From Eukaryota sp. GEM-RC1 (lineage: Eukaryota): a stretch of DNA of 64,000 bases. Below the pieces are notes generated by a model. The model did no database searches. It was not told where the DNA came from and saw only the letters and a program-made list of their open reading frames with translations. The translations under genes were made by a program, and so were the position numbers. The DNA lies in assembly GCA_040285855.1 (NCBI GenBank), contig JAUFOQ010000001.1:2914001-2978000 (forward strand). Direction: 5' to 3'. Below are positions 49,175 to 61,544 of this stretch, one piece after another (position 1 is the first letter of the stretch; every line of letters begins with the position of its first letter).

Positions 49175-49247
49175 CTCACCCGATGAGAATCGAACTCACA
49201 ACCTTTCGATTAACAGTCGAGCGCACTACCGATTGTGCTACAGGTGA
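49175..49247 (-). tRNA. tRNA-Asn (GTT)
   Basis: TCACCTG/CGGGTGA acceptor stem with G73, anticodon loop CT-GTT-AA and T-arm GTGAG-TTCGATT-CTCAT. Followed by a T5 Pol III terminator. Confidence 0.95.
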
Positions 49248-49745
49248 TTCTGAAAAAGCATAATCAATTGTGCACAAGGCCTTAAGTGAAACGACCAAAT
49301 TTATTGAGATAATTTTTAGGAAGTTGTATAACACTATGGAGCTGGTAACCGGTGACTAACTGTGTTTAGTTTTACATAGGTGTTACATGTAGTTCGGTTT
49401 CATTGTTGTCCTTTTCATCTTAGTAGTTATAATATTCAGGGTCAATCATACAACTGATAAATAGCTTATTCAGAAAATTGTCCTACAAGAAGTCTACAAT
49501 ACTCTAAGGGAAGCTCTGTGTGAGAGAATTTGATACTATTGCTGAAAACAATATACGTGCCTAACAGGTGTTTAGGTATTGGAAACAAAAGTTCCCAATG
49601 TTGTACCAAGAACACAATCTTATTTGTAAGGAATAGTGCAGACACGATCTCCATCGAAGAAGAAGGTGAAGAGCGAAAGGTCAACAATCTGCATGTCGAA
49701 TCTAAAATCGGAACTGAAGATCTTCCAAAGTTATCTCCCATCACA

Positions 49746-51379
49746 ATGCAGTCTAAAGATGTCTACTTTGAAAACATTCAACAAAACCCCAATGACTACT
49801 CTTCTTGGGAGAACTTCATCACTATTGCAGAACAAGAACTAGACTATGATACTCTGATGCAATGGTATCCCAAGTTCTTAGACCAATTTCCCCTTCTACA
49901 CGTCTACTGGACCAAATACGCTGACGTCACGCACAAGAAAACAGAATCACCGCAAAAAGCCATCGAAGTCTACCAAACCGCTGTATCTGCATGTCCTTAC
50001 GTTCCAGACCTCTGGCTTGCCTTTGTTGCCTTTGCAGACTCCGTCGCCGAAGACCAGGAATTCTCCCTTGTCCGCGATGTTTTTGGTCGTGCTCTTTGTA
50101 ACGTCGGCACCTTTTCCACTTCCACTCCCCTATGGCTGCAATGGGCGGAGTTCGAGAAAGGATGGGTACACCACCAGTCCAACATTTCATCTCACTTTGA
50201 AGACGAAGATTCCACCGATGCTTGGCTATTATCCGATCCCACCTTCGTCCACTCTTCTGCTAACGTTCGTGCTTTTGCCGTGTTACTGGTTTCCCTGCAC
50301 TTTCCCCTTAAGGATCTCTCTTCAGTTATTGAGTTTTCTGATCAGTTGTTGGCTGAGCTATCAATGGAGGATATTCAGAAGGGATCGTTGCTGGCAGTAT
50401 CAGTTGCTGAGCTGTTGGAGGTCCCAGTCGGTGTAGTGGAGAAATTGGAAAGTTTTGCGAAAAAAGCACGTGATCACGGAGTTCAGGATCAAATTTATGA
50501 AATATTTGAAGATTTGCATTCTGATTCCTTGAACAAATTTCGAAAATTGGAACGATTTGAGTCTTCGCTTCATCGGAATTGGTGGACGTTGAAAGATTTA
50601 GATCAAAAGCAGCTTCTTGGATGGAGAAGTTACATATCATTTATGATTGAAGATCCTGAGTTTGATGACGATTTTGTCCTGGGCCTATTCAATCGTGCAT
50701 TAGTTCCATGTGCTAATTATTTAGAATTTTGGGTTCTTTTGCTGATTTTAGTGTGTCTATTGATGAGAAATTCCATGAGTTTGCTTTAGGAAAGTTGAAA
50801 TGGGCAACTGATCATTTTTTGAAAAATTCCCCTGATTTAGCATTAATCTATGCTAAAACTCTAGAACATTTCGAAAAGAATTCACAAGCAGATGAGTGTT
50901 ACCAAGCAGTTATCCGAGATTTCCCTGATCTCAAAATCCCGTTATCTCTTGTGAGATATTCGTTTTTGGCAAGAACCAATCAATCTGATTGGCTCCCTGA
51001 TTACAACTCTTTCCTATCTCAGGGAGGACTGCCTCCGATCTGTTACATCTACAAGGTGCGGTTCGTTTACACTTACTTACAAGACGAAAGCCAAATAGAA
51101 TATGAGATATTTTCACTTTTGAGCACGAGAAAGAACGAGCTTGACATTTATCTTGAAGTGTATTCTATGATTAAGAATCATGCTGACGTGACGAAGCGTG
51201 ATGAGATGTTCCGGAAGTTCATTTCAATTTTGGAAAAGTTAATGGATGAGCTCAATACCGATTTTATGAACACATATTTAAATATTTTAGTGAAGGATGC
51301 TTTGTTCGTGGTTTCACCTCGTGTTTCGCTTATGTTTGATACGTTGAAAGCCAAATTTTCAAATTTTGAGCGACGATAA
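49746..51379 (+). CDS. PRP39: PRP39-like U1 snRNP HAT-repeat protein; T-run frameshift at ~50737
   Basis: NPNDYSSW, FLDQFPLLHVYWTKYAD, FESSLHR..W, LFNRALVPCANYLEFW. The start codon is uncertain. Confidence 0.85.
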
Positions 51380-51639
51380 TTTCATTGCCATAAATCATCT
51401 TTAATTTTTTGAGTTTTACATGGTTAAACTGTTATATATCTACACTTGCACACAACAAATACCAATGTCAAAAAAAATGTTCTTTACATTTGATAACATT
51501 AATATTACCAAAGAAGGTTTCTCATAAAGACTTAATCCAATGAGACGGTTTAGAATGAGAATCAAAAACATAACAATTGCTTTAATAAGAAACAAAAGTG
51601 CGTTATTCTTAAAACTTACACTAAAGAAAATAAAATAGA

Positions 51640-52080
51640 CAGATAAACGTACTCCATCACACAACCTTCTACACCACCAAACAAACTCATCAAGATATCG
51701 TCAAAGTAAATGTTCATAGAACGAAATAGATCAAATACTAGACGATTTCAATGTTGAGCTTTTTACCGAAATCATTACACAAATCCTTAAACGAACATAA
51801 GAAGTTATTAGATGCAGTACCTAAATTTCCTTATAAAGAATTTCCATAAGGTTAAAAAACAAAAACGTTGTGTCTTTGAGAGTTTCTTTTCAAAACCAAA
51901 AAAATCCATGTATCGAAGAACATTCTTGTCTTCAGGGCGGTCAATGGCCGCAAATTCATCATTAAGTACTTTTTTGGTTGAAGTAGAATTACAAAGATCA
52001 AGTCCAGTACAATTTGTTGAGACTTTCTACAATGGCCAATTAAATCACCACGACTTATGTTCCGAATAACGGAATCAGAA
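51640..52080 (-). mobile_element. Decayed CRE-like retrotransposon remnant (family of 15785-16745)
   Basis: SRGDLIGH..QQIVLD and GNLGTASNNFL..DLCNDFGK align with the 16.3-16.7 kb fragment. Confidence 0.6.
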
Positions 52081-52386
52081 AATGCAGACAAAAGAGTAAC
52101 TATGTTGTGGACATCATTCCTAGTAGATCTGAAAATAGATAAACACTAATCACAAACACTTGTGAACATCTCATACGAATAAATTTGTTACAATTAACAA
52201 CATGATTGAACGCGTCATTCACAGATTTTGAACAAATGCAATAAGACTTTTGCAATAAACTATTGCGCCATAGACCCAATCTAAGTCGCGTGTTTACTGA
52301 TCATTCATGATTGGAAACAAAATTGCTGAGGATAACGAGTAATTAGTGCTGAAATAGAATCGCTGGAAACATCCATCAAGAAAGTA

Positions 52387-52826
52387 CACTAATCATGGTA
52401 ATTAGTCTGTATGGTAGTTAGTTTCACTCAGACTAATTCCCATGTTGTAACATCTTGAACTGAAACTCGATTGGAAATTAGTCTCACTTTTTGTGATAGA
52501 ATACCTATAAAGTAGAACCACATTCGACGAATACAAATACTGAACCACCTCGATATTACTTCTATTTTCCTCTGAATAGCATTTCCGCTGATGTTTGTGT
52601 TTATAAGGCAAGAAATTGAGTCAGGACGTCGTTTTATTTAAGAATGAGCTTGTTCTAGCACATTCTTCTGGTTGGTATACCCATCCTAATATGATTGTTG
52701 TGGGAGAAAATCAAGCAGACGTACCGAACGACTGTTTTCCTACTCCATTGATCACAATGAATGACAACAAATTTTTTTGCCAACAATGATAATTAGTCTG
52801 AGTGAGACTAATTACCATGATTAGTG
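52387..52826. mobile_element. Tc1/pogo-type MITE
   Basis: Perfect TIR CACTAATCATGGTAATTAGTCT with TA flanks. GAGACTAATT motif. Confidence 0.9.
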
Positions 52827-52974
52827 TATCAATTTCAGTCAAGATATGTGATATACTTAAGCGATTCAACATCGATACTTTAGATCCAACATACTGTTAT
52901 ATTACTTTGATTGGATCTCACTGAGTTTATGTTTCTACCGATAGTTCAGAATCGATACACATCTATCTCATTCA

Positions 52975-54078
52975 ATGACTTCTACCCAAATCTCCCCTGC
53001 TTCTCTTTGCATTAAGCTCTTGGAAACCTCACTGAAACATGATTTTTCCGCAAACTTTAAAGATCTCCAAATCCCATGCCATTCCGTCGTCCTCGTTCAG
53101 TTCTCTGGATTTTTCCATAATCTATTCACTCTCAACTGTTCAGATGACCAGGAAACTCAAGATTTCTCTTCCCTCAATGTATCTTCCTCTTCTTTTCGCT
53201 CTTTCTTCTCCTATCTCTACGCTCAGCCGGTAGAGATTACCCTTGAAAATCTCTATGAGTTCTACGTGCTTTCTCGATACTTCATGGTTGAAGATCTCAA
53301 GACTACTTGTCTTGAGTTGTTAACTACCTTTTCAAACTCTACTGATTCTTTACTTTTTCTAGTTAAACAAGCAAATCATTGTCAAGATCAAGAATTTCTG
53401 AAGCATTTGTCGGAATTTATTAATTCTGATTTCATTGTTCCCAGTTTAGTTGATAGTTTTGATCTTCAAAAGGAAGAGCCGCAAAATCAAAAACACCAGT
53501 TACTTCCGGAATTAAAGGTAGAGAATCTAACTTTAAACAGTGAAGTCGAGTTTCTTCGTGATTCCAATCAGAAGGCAAAATCAGAGGAAAATGAAAGAAG
53601 AAGAATTGAAGCTCTTATTGGTACTTTTGATCCCACTACTTGTGGTTCAGAACTTTCCTTATCAAATAACAATAATGTTGTTAAAAAGAATGGTTCCCGT
53701 GGTGATCCTAACAGTTTTGTTGAAGTTAATCTTTCAAACAATTGTTCTGTTAAATTTACAAGGTTAGATGATCCTGTTGATGATAGCAGCACTGACTATG
53801 TTGGTTGGAAAGATGCAGGTAGTCTTCAAGATGGTACTTATCCTAGTCCTCGTGTTTGTTCTAGAGGGAACTGCAATGGAGGATCTTTCTCCCCTTCAAA
53901 TCCAAGTTTCCCTACAATTACCAAAGGAGAATCAATTACTGTTAGTTTTTCTAATGGTAAAGCTTACTTCAAACCTTCTACTTGTACAACTACTTTTAGT
54001 ATTGATATTCCTAGTAATTTGGTTTTTGGAATGACAGTTTATGGTAAAAATCATGAATGGAAAGTGGAACGTGTTTGA
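52975..54078 (+). CDS. BTB/POZ-domain protein with coiled coil and beta-rich (SPRY-like) C-terminus
   Basis: HDF, IPCHSVVL..FSGFFHNLF, FFSYLY.QPVEIT.EN and YFMVEDLKTTC. Confidence 0.88.
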   Translation: MTSTQISPASLCIKLLETSLKHDFSANFKDLQIPCHSVVLVQFSGFFHNLFTLNCSDDQETQDFSSLNVSSSSFRSFFSYLYAQPVEITLENLYEFYVLSRYFMVEDLKTTCLELLTTFSNSTDSLLFLVKQANHCQDQEFLKHLSEFINSDFIVPSLVDSFDLQKEEPQNQKHQLLPELKVENLTLNSEVEFLRDSNQKAKSEENERRRIEALIGTFDPTTCGSELSLSNNNNVVKKNGSRGDPNSFVEVNLSNNCSVKFTRLDDPVDDSSTDYVGWKDAGSLQDGTYPSPRVCSRGNCNGGSFSPSNPSFPTITKGESITVSFSNGKAYFKPSTCTTTFSIDIPSNLVFGMTVYGKNHEWKVERV

Positions 54079-54643
54079 TTGATTTGTTTTGATTGATTTT
54101 TGAAAATAGATTATGTAGTTATAAATACTCATTGTACAATTGCAGATAGATTCGCTTACGATTTCATTTAGTTCTTTTATTATTAGTTTCTGTACGGATT
54201 TGACCGACTTACAGTCATTTCACAGAGAAGTTGGATCTTGTTCTTCTTGTTTAACTAAGACTTGAATTTAATGGAGAATCAAATTTTAATTGACGACCTG
54301 ACGTGATATCAAACTCCAATGACACCTTTAAAACATTTTGATTGTCAATATTTTGGACCTCAAGAAATACAATCTTAAGTACAGTTTCTACTTCCATAAG
54401 ACTACCACTCTAATAACAACCAAAAATAAATCAAAAGTTATATGCACGAGTGGAATCACAGTGATGGACATTCAATTAATCACACTATCAGAACCCTAAA
54501 GAGTAATAGTTTTTGGTGTTGGACGACCAAGTTCTTTAATATATGAACTTTTCTCTTTTCTATTACCCGTCATGGTTGATATCAAATATTTTAATTTGAG
54601 ACAATGATTCGAAAGATGAGACTTACGCAAAATGATATCAACT

Positions 54644-56638
54644 TTATTCAACGATTTCAAGTACGTGATTACTATAACATAACCTAGCAAATGGATAGTA
54701 ATTACCACTACTTAATTGGGGAAGAGTTCCAGTAAGATTAATTGAAGAATTACTCACGGATTTGATTGTTAAACTGTGATTGATGAGATTTACAGTGATT
54801 TCGAGTAATTCACCAGGATTCCACTGAGTTTGGTTTCCTGAGAGACAGCCCCTAACAGCACTACCATGATTGTGGAAACAGTGAGCATTCCACCGACAAT
54901 CTCCTTCAACACTAAACTTTGACTCGTCAATAACTCCAACAATAAGACAATCAGTACCCCCCTGGTACCTCAACTTCCAAGTATACACATTACCTGGAAG
55001 AAGAGGATCTTCTCCCAAGATATTTCTTACCTCATTACCACCACTTCCAAAAACAACTCTCTTTCTATCCCCACTAACTTGTAACTGGGAATGTTTCTTA
55101 GTTGGGGAGAATCTAATCACTTTTGATTGAGGAACTGATTGAGACACCAGTTGAGTTTCTGTAGCTGTCTTTTTAAGTTGTTCAATTTCCTGTTTTAGTT
55201 TAGCAATTTCGTTAGAGTTTGTAGCAGTTAAATTTTGAATATCAGTTGTTAAATTGGAAATTGTTGTCTTCAAATTAGAGATTTCTGTTTTTGAATCACA
55301 TGATAATTGAGTAAGTTGATCTTTTAAAGCTCTATTTTGCTGTGAAATAGTGGACAATTGATTGACAATCTCTGAGTGCTTCTGTTTAGTAGCAGCTAAC
55401 TGATTTTTGACAGAATTAAAGACAGATTTCAATTCCAACTCTAATTTGGAGATCCTATTTTTTAAATTTGCATAAGACTGTTTAAACTCGGATAATTCAC
55501 GTTCTTTTGCAGAGATCGCTGATTGTAGTGACAAAACTGTATTGGACAATTCTGTAATCTGATTTGATAATTTCTCCAAATCATTAGAAGAACGATCATT
55601 TACATGACTGTTTAATTCATCTTCAATTGACTCACATTCCTTTGGAAATTCTTCTGATAGTTTGTTCAAAGATTCATAAATATCTTCTAAGCTTGGTCTT
55701 TCATTCATGTCCACGTGGCAACAACTTGACACAAGATCAACAATACATTGATCAATATTTGGAGGAAATTTCAATTGCAAGGGCGACATTTTGGCTCCAC
55801 AAATTGCTACCACATCATATCCTTCAAAAACTTTTTCATTACAAAACAATTCATAAAGCATCAGACCAAGGCTGTAGATATCAGATTTGAGACACCTTCT
55901 ATTAGCTAAAGCTTCAGGAGCTGCATATTTCAAAGTAAAACATAGCTGATTAGTTCTGTGAGCAGTTGTTTCTGAAAGAACTTTCGAGGTACCAAAGTCA
56001 CTCAATTTAGCTGCACCTCCTGCAATCAATACGTTTTCTGGTTTAAGATCGCCATGTAGAATGTTGTGGGAGTGCAGATGTAGAAGTGCTTCTACAATCT
56101 GTTTAGCATAGGTTAAGGAGAGAGGAGAAACTGAGGAAGGTACAGTAAGTGAAGCGGACGCCTTTTCCATTACAATACCAAGTTGATTCTCGGGTAACCA
56201 AACAAGGCCAAAGACACGCAGAACACAGGGATGGTTGAGATTGAACATGGTCAGCAGTTCCTTACGGAGTCTAACTCTGTCCTTTTCAGAGTTACAGAGA
56301 ACAACCTTCACCGCGATCGTTGCATTGCTCCACGTCCCAGAGTAGACGCGGGAGAATCCACCAACACCGAGAGGTTTAGAGAAATCGATCAGGAGATCGC
56401 TTTCAGGAATTTCGCAGAGGAACTCCCCAGATTTAGATGACGTGATAACATCTAATAACGCGAGATTGGTTACAGGCTGTGACAGTTTTGGGCTGCGGCA
56501 GAAAGGACAGGCCGAAACAGAGGAAGCACATTTCAAACAGACGGTGTGCTGATTAAGACAGATAACAGTGGGAATGCGATCCTTGGCGTCAAAGGGCTCT
56601 TCACATATTTTACATTGAAGGATGTTGGATAGAGACAT
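54644..56638 (-). CDS. RING-finger / TKL-like protein kinase / coiled-coil / SPRY-like protein
   Basis: RING CKIC..CLNQHTVCLKC..CPFCR. Kinase GVGGFS, AVK, HGDLKPEN, DFG and APE. Heptad region and C-terminal YYPF SPRY-like domain. Confidence 0.9.
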   Translation of the reverse strand: MSLSNILQCKICEEPFDAKDRIPTVICLNQHTVCLKCASSVSACPFCRSPKLSQPVTNLALLDVITSSKSGEFLCEIPESDLLIDFSKPLGVGGFSRVYSGTWSNATIAVKVVLCNSEKDRVRLRKELLTMFNLNHPCVLRVFGLVWLPENQLGIVMEKASASLTVPSSVSPLSLTYAKQIVEALLHLHSHNILHGDLKPENVLIAGGAAKLSDFGTSKVLSETTAHRTNQLCFTLKYAAPEALANRRCLKSDIYSLGLMLYELFCNEKVFEGYDVVAICGAKMSPLQLKFPPNIDQCIVDLVSSCCHVDMNERPSLEDIYESLNKLSEEFPKECESIEDELNSHVNDRSSNDLEKLSNQITELSNTVLSLQSAISAKERELSEFKQSYANLKNRISKLELELKSVFNSVKNQLAATKQKHSEIVNQLSTISQQNRALKDQLTQLSCDSKTEISNLKTTISNLTTDIQNLTATNSNEIAKLKQEIEQLKKTATETQLVSQSVPQSKVIRFSPTKKHSQLQVSGDRKRVVFGSGGNEVRNILGEDPLLPGNVYTWKLRYQGGTDCLIVGVIDESKFSVEGDCRWNAHCFHNHGSAVRGCLSGNQTQWNPGELLEITVNLINHSLTIKSVSNSSINLTGTLPQLSSGNYYPFARLCYSNHVLEIVE

Positions 56639-57809
56639 GATGAAGAACAATTCTGTTGGAGGTTTTTGTTTCAAATTTTGAAACAAAATTTTTGAAAATA
56701 AACTGCATTGTGTATTTTGAAATTCAAAATACACAATGCAGTTTATTTTAAGGTTAGTTGTACTTCACAGCAATATTGCTTTGCTTTCTGATTTGTGATT
56801 TGTGATAACAATGATAACAATGATAACACACGATATGAAAAATGTACTCTTCGTCGTCATAACTGATAAGAAAAATAAAATTATCCCATTGTAACTTATC
56901 TCCCGACAGTTTGATGAATTTTGATCTCAAATCAGTAAACATGTAACACGGCCTGACACGTAACACGCGTGTTAACACGTGTTAGGAATTTTGGCTGATT
57001 TCTAACACGCAGATATCGGTTATTGTTTTCGGTCTGAATGATGTGAAAGTCCCTTCTTCTGCTGTTAAACGAATGAAAGACGCCGTTTGAGACTCAAATA
57101 ACAGTAATTTATCACGAACTGTTTATTTCTACTTTACTCAATCAGTTATCTACTAATTATTTCTACTGTTTTTCGAATCAGAAAATGACGTCCATATACT
57201 TGGATTGAATTTGTTTAATAGCTGTACAATTAAGTGAAAATGGGATCAGCTGTACCTGAACGTGTCTATACACATTGTAGATTTGCAATTGAACAAGAAA
57301 CTAAGAATAAAATATGTCTACCTATTGAGCAAAATTCTATCACTAGCAAAAGAAAAATATCAAGCTACTGTACTACAGTAAAACCTCTCTACTAGTAATT
57401 GCACACTTTTTTTCAGTTACTAATTAGATTACGGGGATGCAAGTTGATTGCACACTCTGCACGTGCACACCAACATGGGCACAAAACCATTTCTAATTGC
57501 ACACATTGACCTGTTTTGTCTCACCTACTGAGTCATTAGCCGCACAACAATGTGTTTTATTATGAGAACACTGTAGTGAATTACCCTAAAAACCCTTTAC
57601 CAGTAACAAAACGCACTTCATCTTTGATACAGCCCACATGTGTTATAAAGTGGTAGTGTTTTAGCTAAATATATAACTCTCAATTCAGTTATATATACCT
57701 CTATGATCTCGACCACGTAAAATTCAGTTTGTTCATTGTGTCAGAATATGTATCAGTCTTTCTTTTTTCTGTCACTCAAAACTGAATTCATACTGACATT
57801 CACTTTTAC

Positions 57810-58210
57810 ACATGGATCATCAGTAGTCAAATCAATTGCCAAGAATCAAGGTATGTAACAATGAGATCACCTGATCGAGAATTGGTAATATTATCATCAC
57901 TATAATGCTTAAGAAGAGGTTCGATTTTCCCGTTAAAATCATGACATTTAAACATTTCGTACGTACCGTCACGAACAGCATTGTGTAAAATCGATCTGAA
58001 CCGATGATCTTTTTGCAACTAACAATGTGTTTGAAGTCAGCGGTTGGTCTTTTTTCTAAAAGTTTAGTTCTAATTTGATTGAATTTTTGAGCTACTTCCC
58101 TTGAAATATCTGCACGTATAGATCTCAAAAAATGATTAATCTTTGAACTAAAACAAACTGAAAGCATCGAAAAAGCCAAATGATTTTCAATTTCTAAATC
58201 TTGAATCAAT
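57810..58210 (-). mobile_element. Decayed CRE-like retrotransposon remnant
   Basis: CFSSKINHFLRS, FKHIVSC, LHNAVRD, IEPLL and SRSGDL across frameshifts. Confidence 0.7.
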
Positions 58211-58639
58211 TAAAGTATACTGTAGTTTAACTTGATTGCTGCAAAAATATCATTCCTGATCAGGCATTGCAAACATTTAATTGAGTGGAATAGCTATTAA
58301 AATTGGGTAAAACACGTTTTGAAAATAAATATCTTATACATGTAAATGAAAGTTTGACATTAGAAAATAGAGCGCTTATATTTGGATTGACTTTTGAAAG
58401 AATGAACATGGACTTAAGAAATGATGATCAGATATTTCAGTTCAGTTGTTGCATTGTACTTAAGCTTAAGTGTAAACCAGATCAATGTAAGTGGATATCT
58501 AGCACACTGTAAATTACATCTCTGAGTTATTTAAATCATCCACCATATTTAATAACAAGTATATATTTCAATAGTCAGACCGTATGAATAAATCATGCTC
58601 AAACAAAACATTTAATATTAAAGCTACGTTAACCACTAC

Positions 58640-59345
58640 CAGGGGTGGGAAAACAATATTGCAATAAATATAATTATTGTTTAGCCACAAAATAAATATT
58701 GCAATTCTGAAATAGTGCCAATAAATATTGCAATTATTGGACCAATATTGCAATATTGCAATAATGCAACAATATGAATCATATTATGTATTTATTACAA
58801 AAAACTCACATAGTCTAATGTTCATCGTCATCAGAAATATCCGAAATAATCTCAATACCATTGAACAAAGAGGGGTGTAGTATCAGGGCATTTTCTGCAC
58901 TTCCAGGCTGTTTTTCCTTCGGGAGTATAGCGTGGTTGAGGATCTAACTTCGTATAGTAGAATAGTGCTGTTTCTTTGGGCTTCGTCATTGGAAGTAATT
59001 ATGACAATGTAAAATCAGAAGTGTGAGGGAAAGTATTTACATTGTACTTCTAGTTAACAGTCGAACTGAGCTCAAATGACAGACATTATGACAATATACA
59101 CCAACTAGAAATCATTACCGATAAAGCAACTCTCATTATATTTAAACACATAAAACAACAAAAAGGTTTTGGAAGTCCAAATGGTGATGTAAAACAACGA
59201 AATAAACAACTCGAAGTTTATTGCCAAATATTGCAATAATGAACCAGTGTAACAAACAATATTGCTCCACCTCAAAGAGCGGCAATAAATATTGGAGCAA
59301 TATTTAATACAGTATTGGAAGAGCAATATTGTTTTCACACCCCTG
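58640..59345. mobile_element. hAT-like MITE related to 41991-42733
   Basis: TIR CAGGGGTG(G/T)GAAAACAATATTGC. Perfect 8-bp TSD ACCACTAC. ATATTGCAATA repeats. Confidence 0.92.
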
Positions 59346-60061
59346 ACCACTACGCTCTTAATCTTTTTGATTGTAATAGTCGTTGATTAACGACTATTAC
59401 AAGATACTAAGATATATAAATGACCACGTATCAGGATTGCACCCGTACAGAACCACCATAGAATTCAGATACTCAATGACGACCAAATTCAGGCAAATAC
59501 AAATTAATTACGATCGGATTCAAACGTTATTAATTCTTGAAAAAAGTTGACTGGCATCTTGATTGCCCTATATGCAAAACAACAAATCAATTTATTTTTG
59601 ATAAATCAACTAAATAAATATCATTAAATTTAAAAATTGTAAACTTATTCTTCTTCTTTTCTTCTTCTCGATATTTGTTGTACAATAGCAGGAACTTTCA
59701 TTCACACAGGTCATGATTGACGCAGTTCATGACATGCAAAGGAGTAGGTAAACCTAAACTGTCTTCTCCTGCCTCGTTCTATGTACGTAGAATTGACCCC
59801 AAACTGGTATGTATTGTACAGATTCAACGGTCTTTACACAGATCTTTTCGACTTGGCGATTGTAAATTGATTGACGAATATAAGATACATATCTCCAAAA
59901 GCACATATTTGAATTAATCAAAAATGATCAAAGACTCGCTGTTGAATTAAGAATTGTTTTCATTAATTACAATCAGGAACATTTTCAGGAGTAATCAAAA
60001 TTAATAGACGAAGTACCGATCCAAAAGAAGTTCTAAGGTAACGTCACCAGAAAGGAAGAGA

Positions 60062-60520
60062 TCATTTTAAAACAAACACAAACACAATAGAGCAACCTAG
60101 GGAGATTATCACTGACCAAAGCAAGACATTATTGAACGGAAGATGAGAAGAAAATAAGGGAATGCTCCAGAGGAGAGACAAAGGGAAGAGAGTTGAGATT
60201 GAAGTACAGAGAGAAAAGTATAAATGTTGGAGCCAGTACCGTTTGGTAGCAGAAGCCATATAGGTAACTAGATCAAATGACTGGGATAGAAAGAAGAACA
60301 TGATAAAGGAGGGTAGAAAGAGTGACAAAGAATAGGAGTAGTTGAAACTAGTTTGTTTTGATGATCGAAGAGAATAGATGAAGCAGATGAAGACGATTAA
60401 AGCTACAGCTGTCCAGCCACCTAGTACCGGGATAGCAAAGGAATCAGTGTGGAAAAACAACACGTAGAGATGAGATAGAGCTACAAAACAGAATACAGGA
60501 AGAAAAAGAAGTTGAAGCAT
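60062..60520 (-). CDS. Hypothetical multi-pass membrane protein (boundaries uncertain)
   Basis: 152-aa ORF with about 5 hydrophobic segments, divergent from NBP35. Confidence 0.5.
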   Translation of the reverse strand: MLQLLFLPVFCFVALSHLYVLFFHTDSFAIPVLGGWTAVALIVFICFIYSLRSSKQTSFNYSYSLSLFLPSFIMFFFLSQSFDLVTYMASATKRYWLQHLYFSLCTSISTLFPLSLLWSIPLFSSHLPFNNVLLWSVIISLGCSIVFVFVLK

Positions 60521-60623
60521 TCCACTTGGTGGTTTTTATGAAGAAGAGAGTGCTAGCAGTAGGAGTAACTGGAAGGTAACACTAGACAAGTGCAAACCGA
60601 TTATTTTCGTCCCCTGCCCTTGA

Positions 60624-61544
60624 ATGTCTAATTGTTCCAATCCAGAACTTAGAGGTAAAGCCAGTGCTTGTGAAGGCTGTCCTTCTCGTGCTTCCTGTCA
60701 ATCTGGTCAAGGACCTCAAAACCAAGGACCTGACCCTGACGTTCTAGCCATCCAAGCCCGTCTCAAAACCGTTAAAAACATTGTTCTTGTTCTTTCTGGT
60801 AAGGGAGGTGTCGGCAAATCCTCTGTTGCTTCTCAACTAGCCTTCACTCTTTCCGAAAAGTACAGTACTGGCCTTTTAGACATTGACATCTGTGGTCCTA
60901 GCGTTCCCACAATTACTGGTACTGTTGGTGAAGACGTACATTCATGTGGCTCTGGCTGGACTCCCATATATCCTCGTGACAACCTCGCTGTCATGTCTAT
61001 AGGCTACCTCCTCTCTGACGCCAATGACGCAGTGATATGGCGAGGACCTCGTAAAGTTGGCCTCATCAAGTCTTTCCTAAAGGACGTAGAATGGTCAGAC
61101 TTAGACTATCTCATCATTGACACTCCCCCAGGTACTTCTGACGAACATCTCTCCATCATCCAGTTCCTCTCTGCTGTTGGCATCACTGGAGCCGTGGTGG
61201 TGACCACCCCTCAAGAAGTAGCAATGGCTGACGTGAGAAAGATTATCACCTTCTGTAAGAAGACTAACATACCAGTAGCTGGAGTAGTTTCTAACATGGA
61301 TGGGTATGTTTGTCCTAAGTGTTCTGAGTGCTCAGCTATCTTTTCCTCAAAGAGTTCAAATCCTGAACAAATGGCTAAGTTAATGGACGTTCCATACCTA
61401 GGTAAACTTCCTTTAGATCCTATTTTGATGCAGGCTTGTGATACCGGAGTTCCTTACTTTGAAGCAGCGCCTAATTCTCCTGGAGTTTTGGCTATGAATG
61501 AGATTGTAGAGAAGGTTGTCAAGTATGCGAATCCATCGGCGTGA
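60624..61544 (+). CDS. NBP35: Cytosolic Fe-S cluster assembly factor NBP35
   Basis: N-terminal C..GKASACEGCP..C cluster, SGKGGVGKS, DIDICGPS, WRGP, DTPPGTSDEH, TTPQ and CPKC. Confidence 0.95.
   Translation: MSNCSNPELRGKASACEGCPSRASCQSGQGPQNQGPDPDVLAIQARLKTVKNIVLVLSGKGGVGKSSVASQLAFTLSEKYSTGLLDIDICGPSVPTITGTVGEDVHSCGSGWTPIYPRDNLAVMSIGYLLSDANDAVIWRGPRKVGLIKSFLKDVEWSDLDYLIIDTPPGTSDEHLSIIQFLSAVGITGAVVVTTPQEVAMADVRKIITFCKKTNIPVAGVVSNMDGYVCPKCSECSAIFSSKSSNPEQMAKLMDVPYLGKLPLDPILMQACDTGVPYFEAAPNSPGVLAMNEIVEKVVKYANPSA

Noticed and set aside
49530..49745. N-terminal extension of PRP39 from TTG, and similar non-ATG extensions in the ORF track
   Set aside because: Eukaryotic locus. Homology begins near the downstream ATGs, or upstream exons explain the starts.
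57373..57576. Tigger-like end TACAGTAAAACCTC
   Set aside because: No convincing matching inverted end was found.
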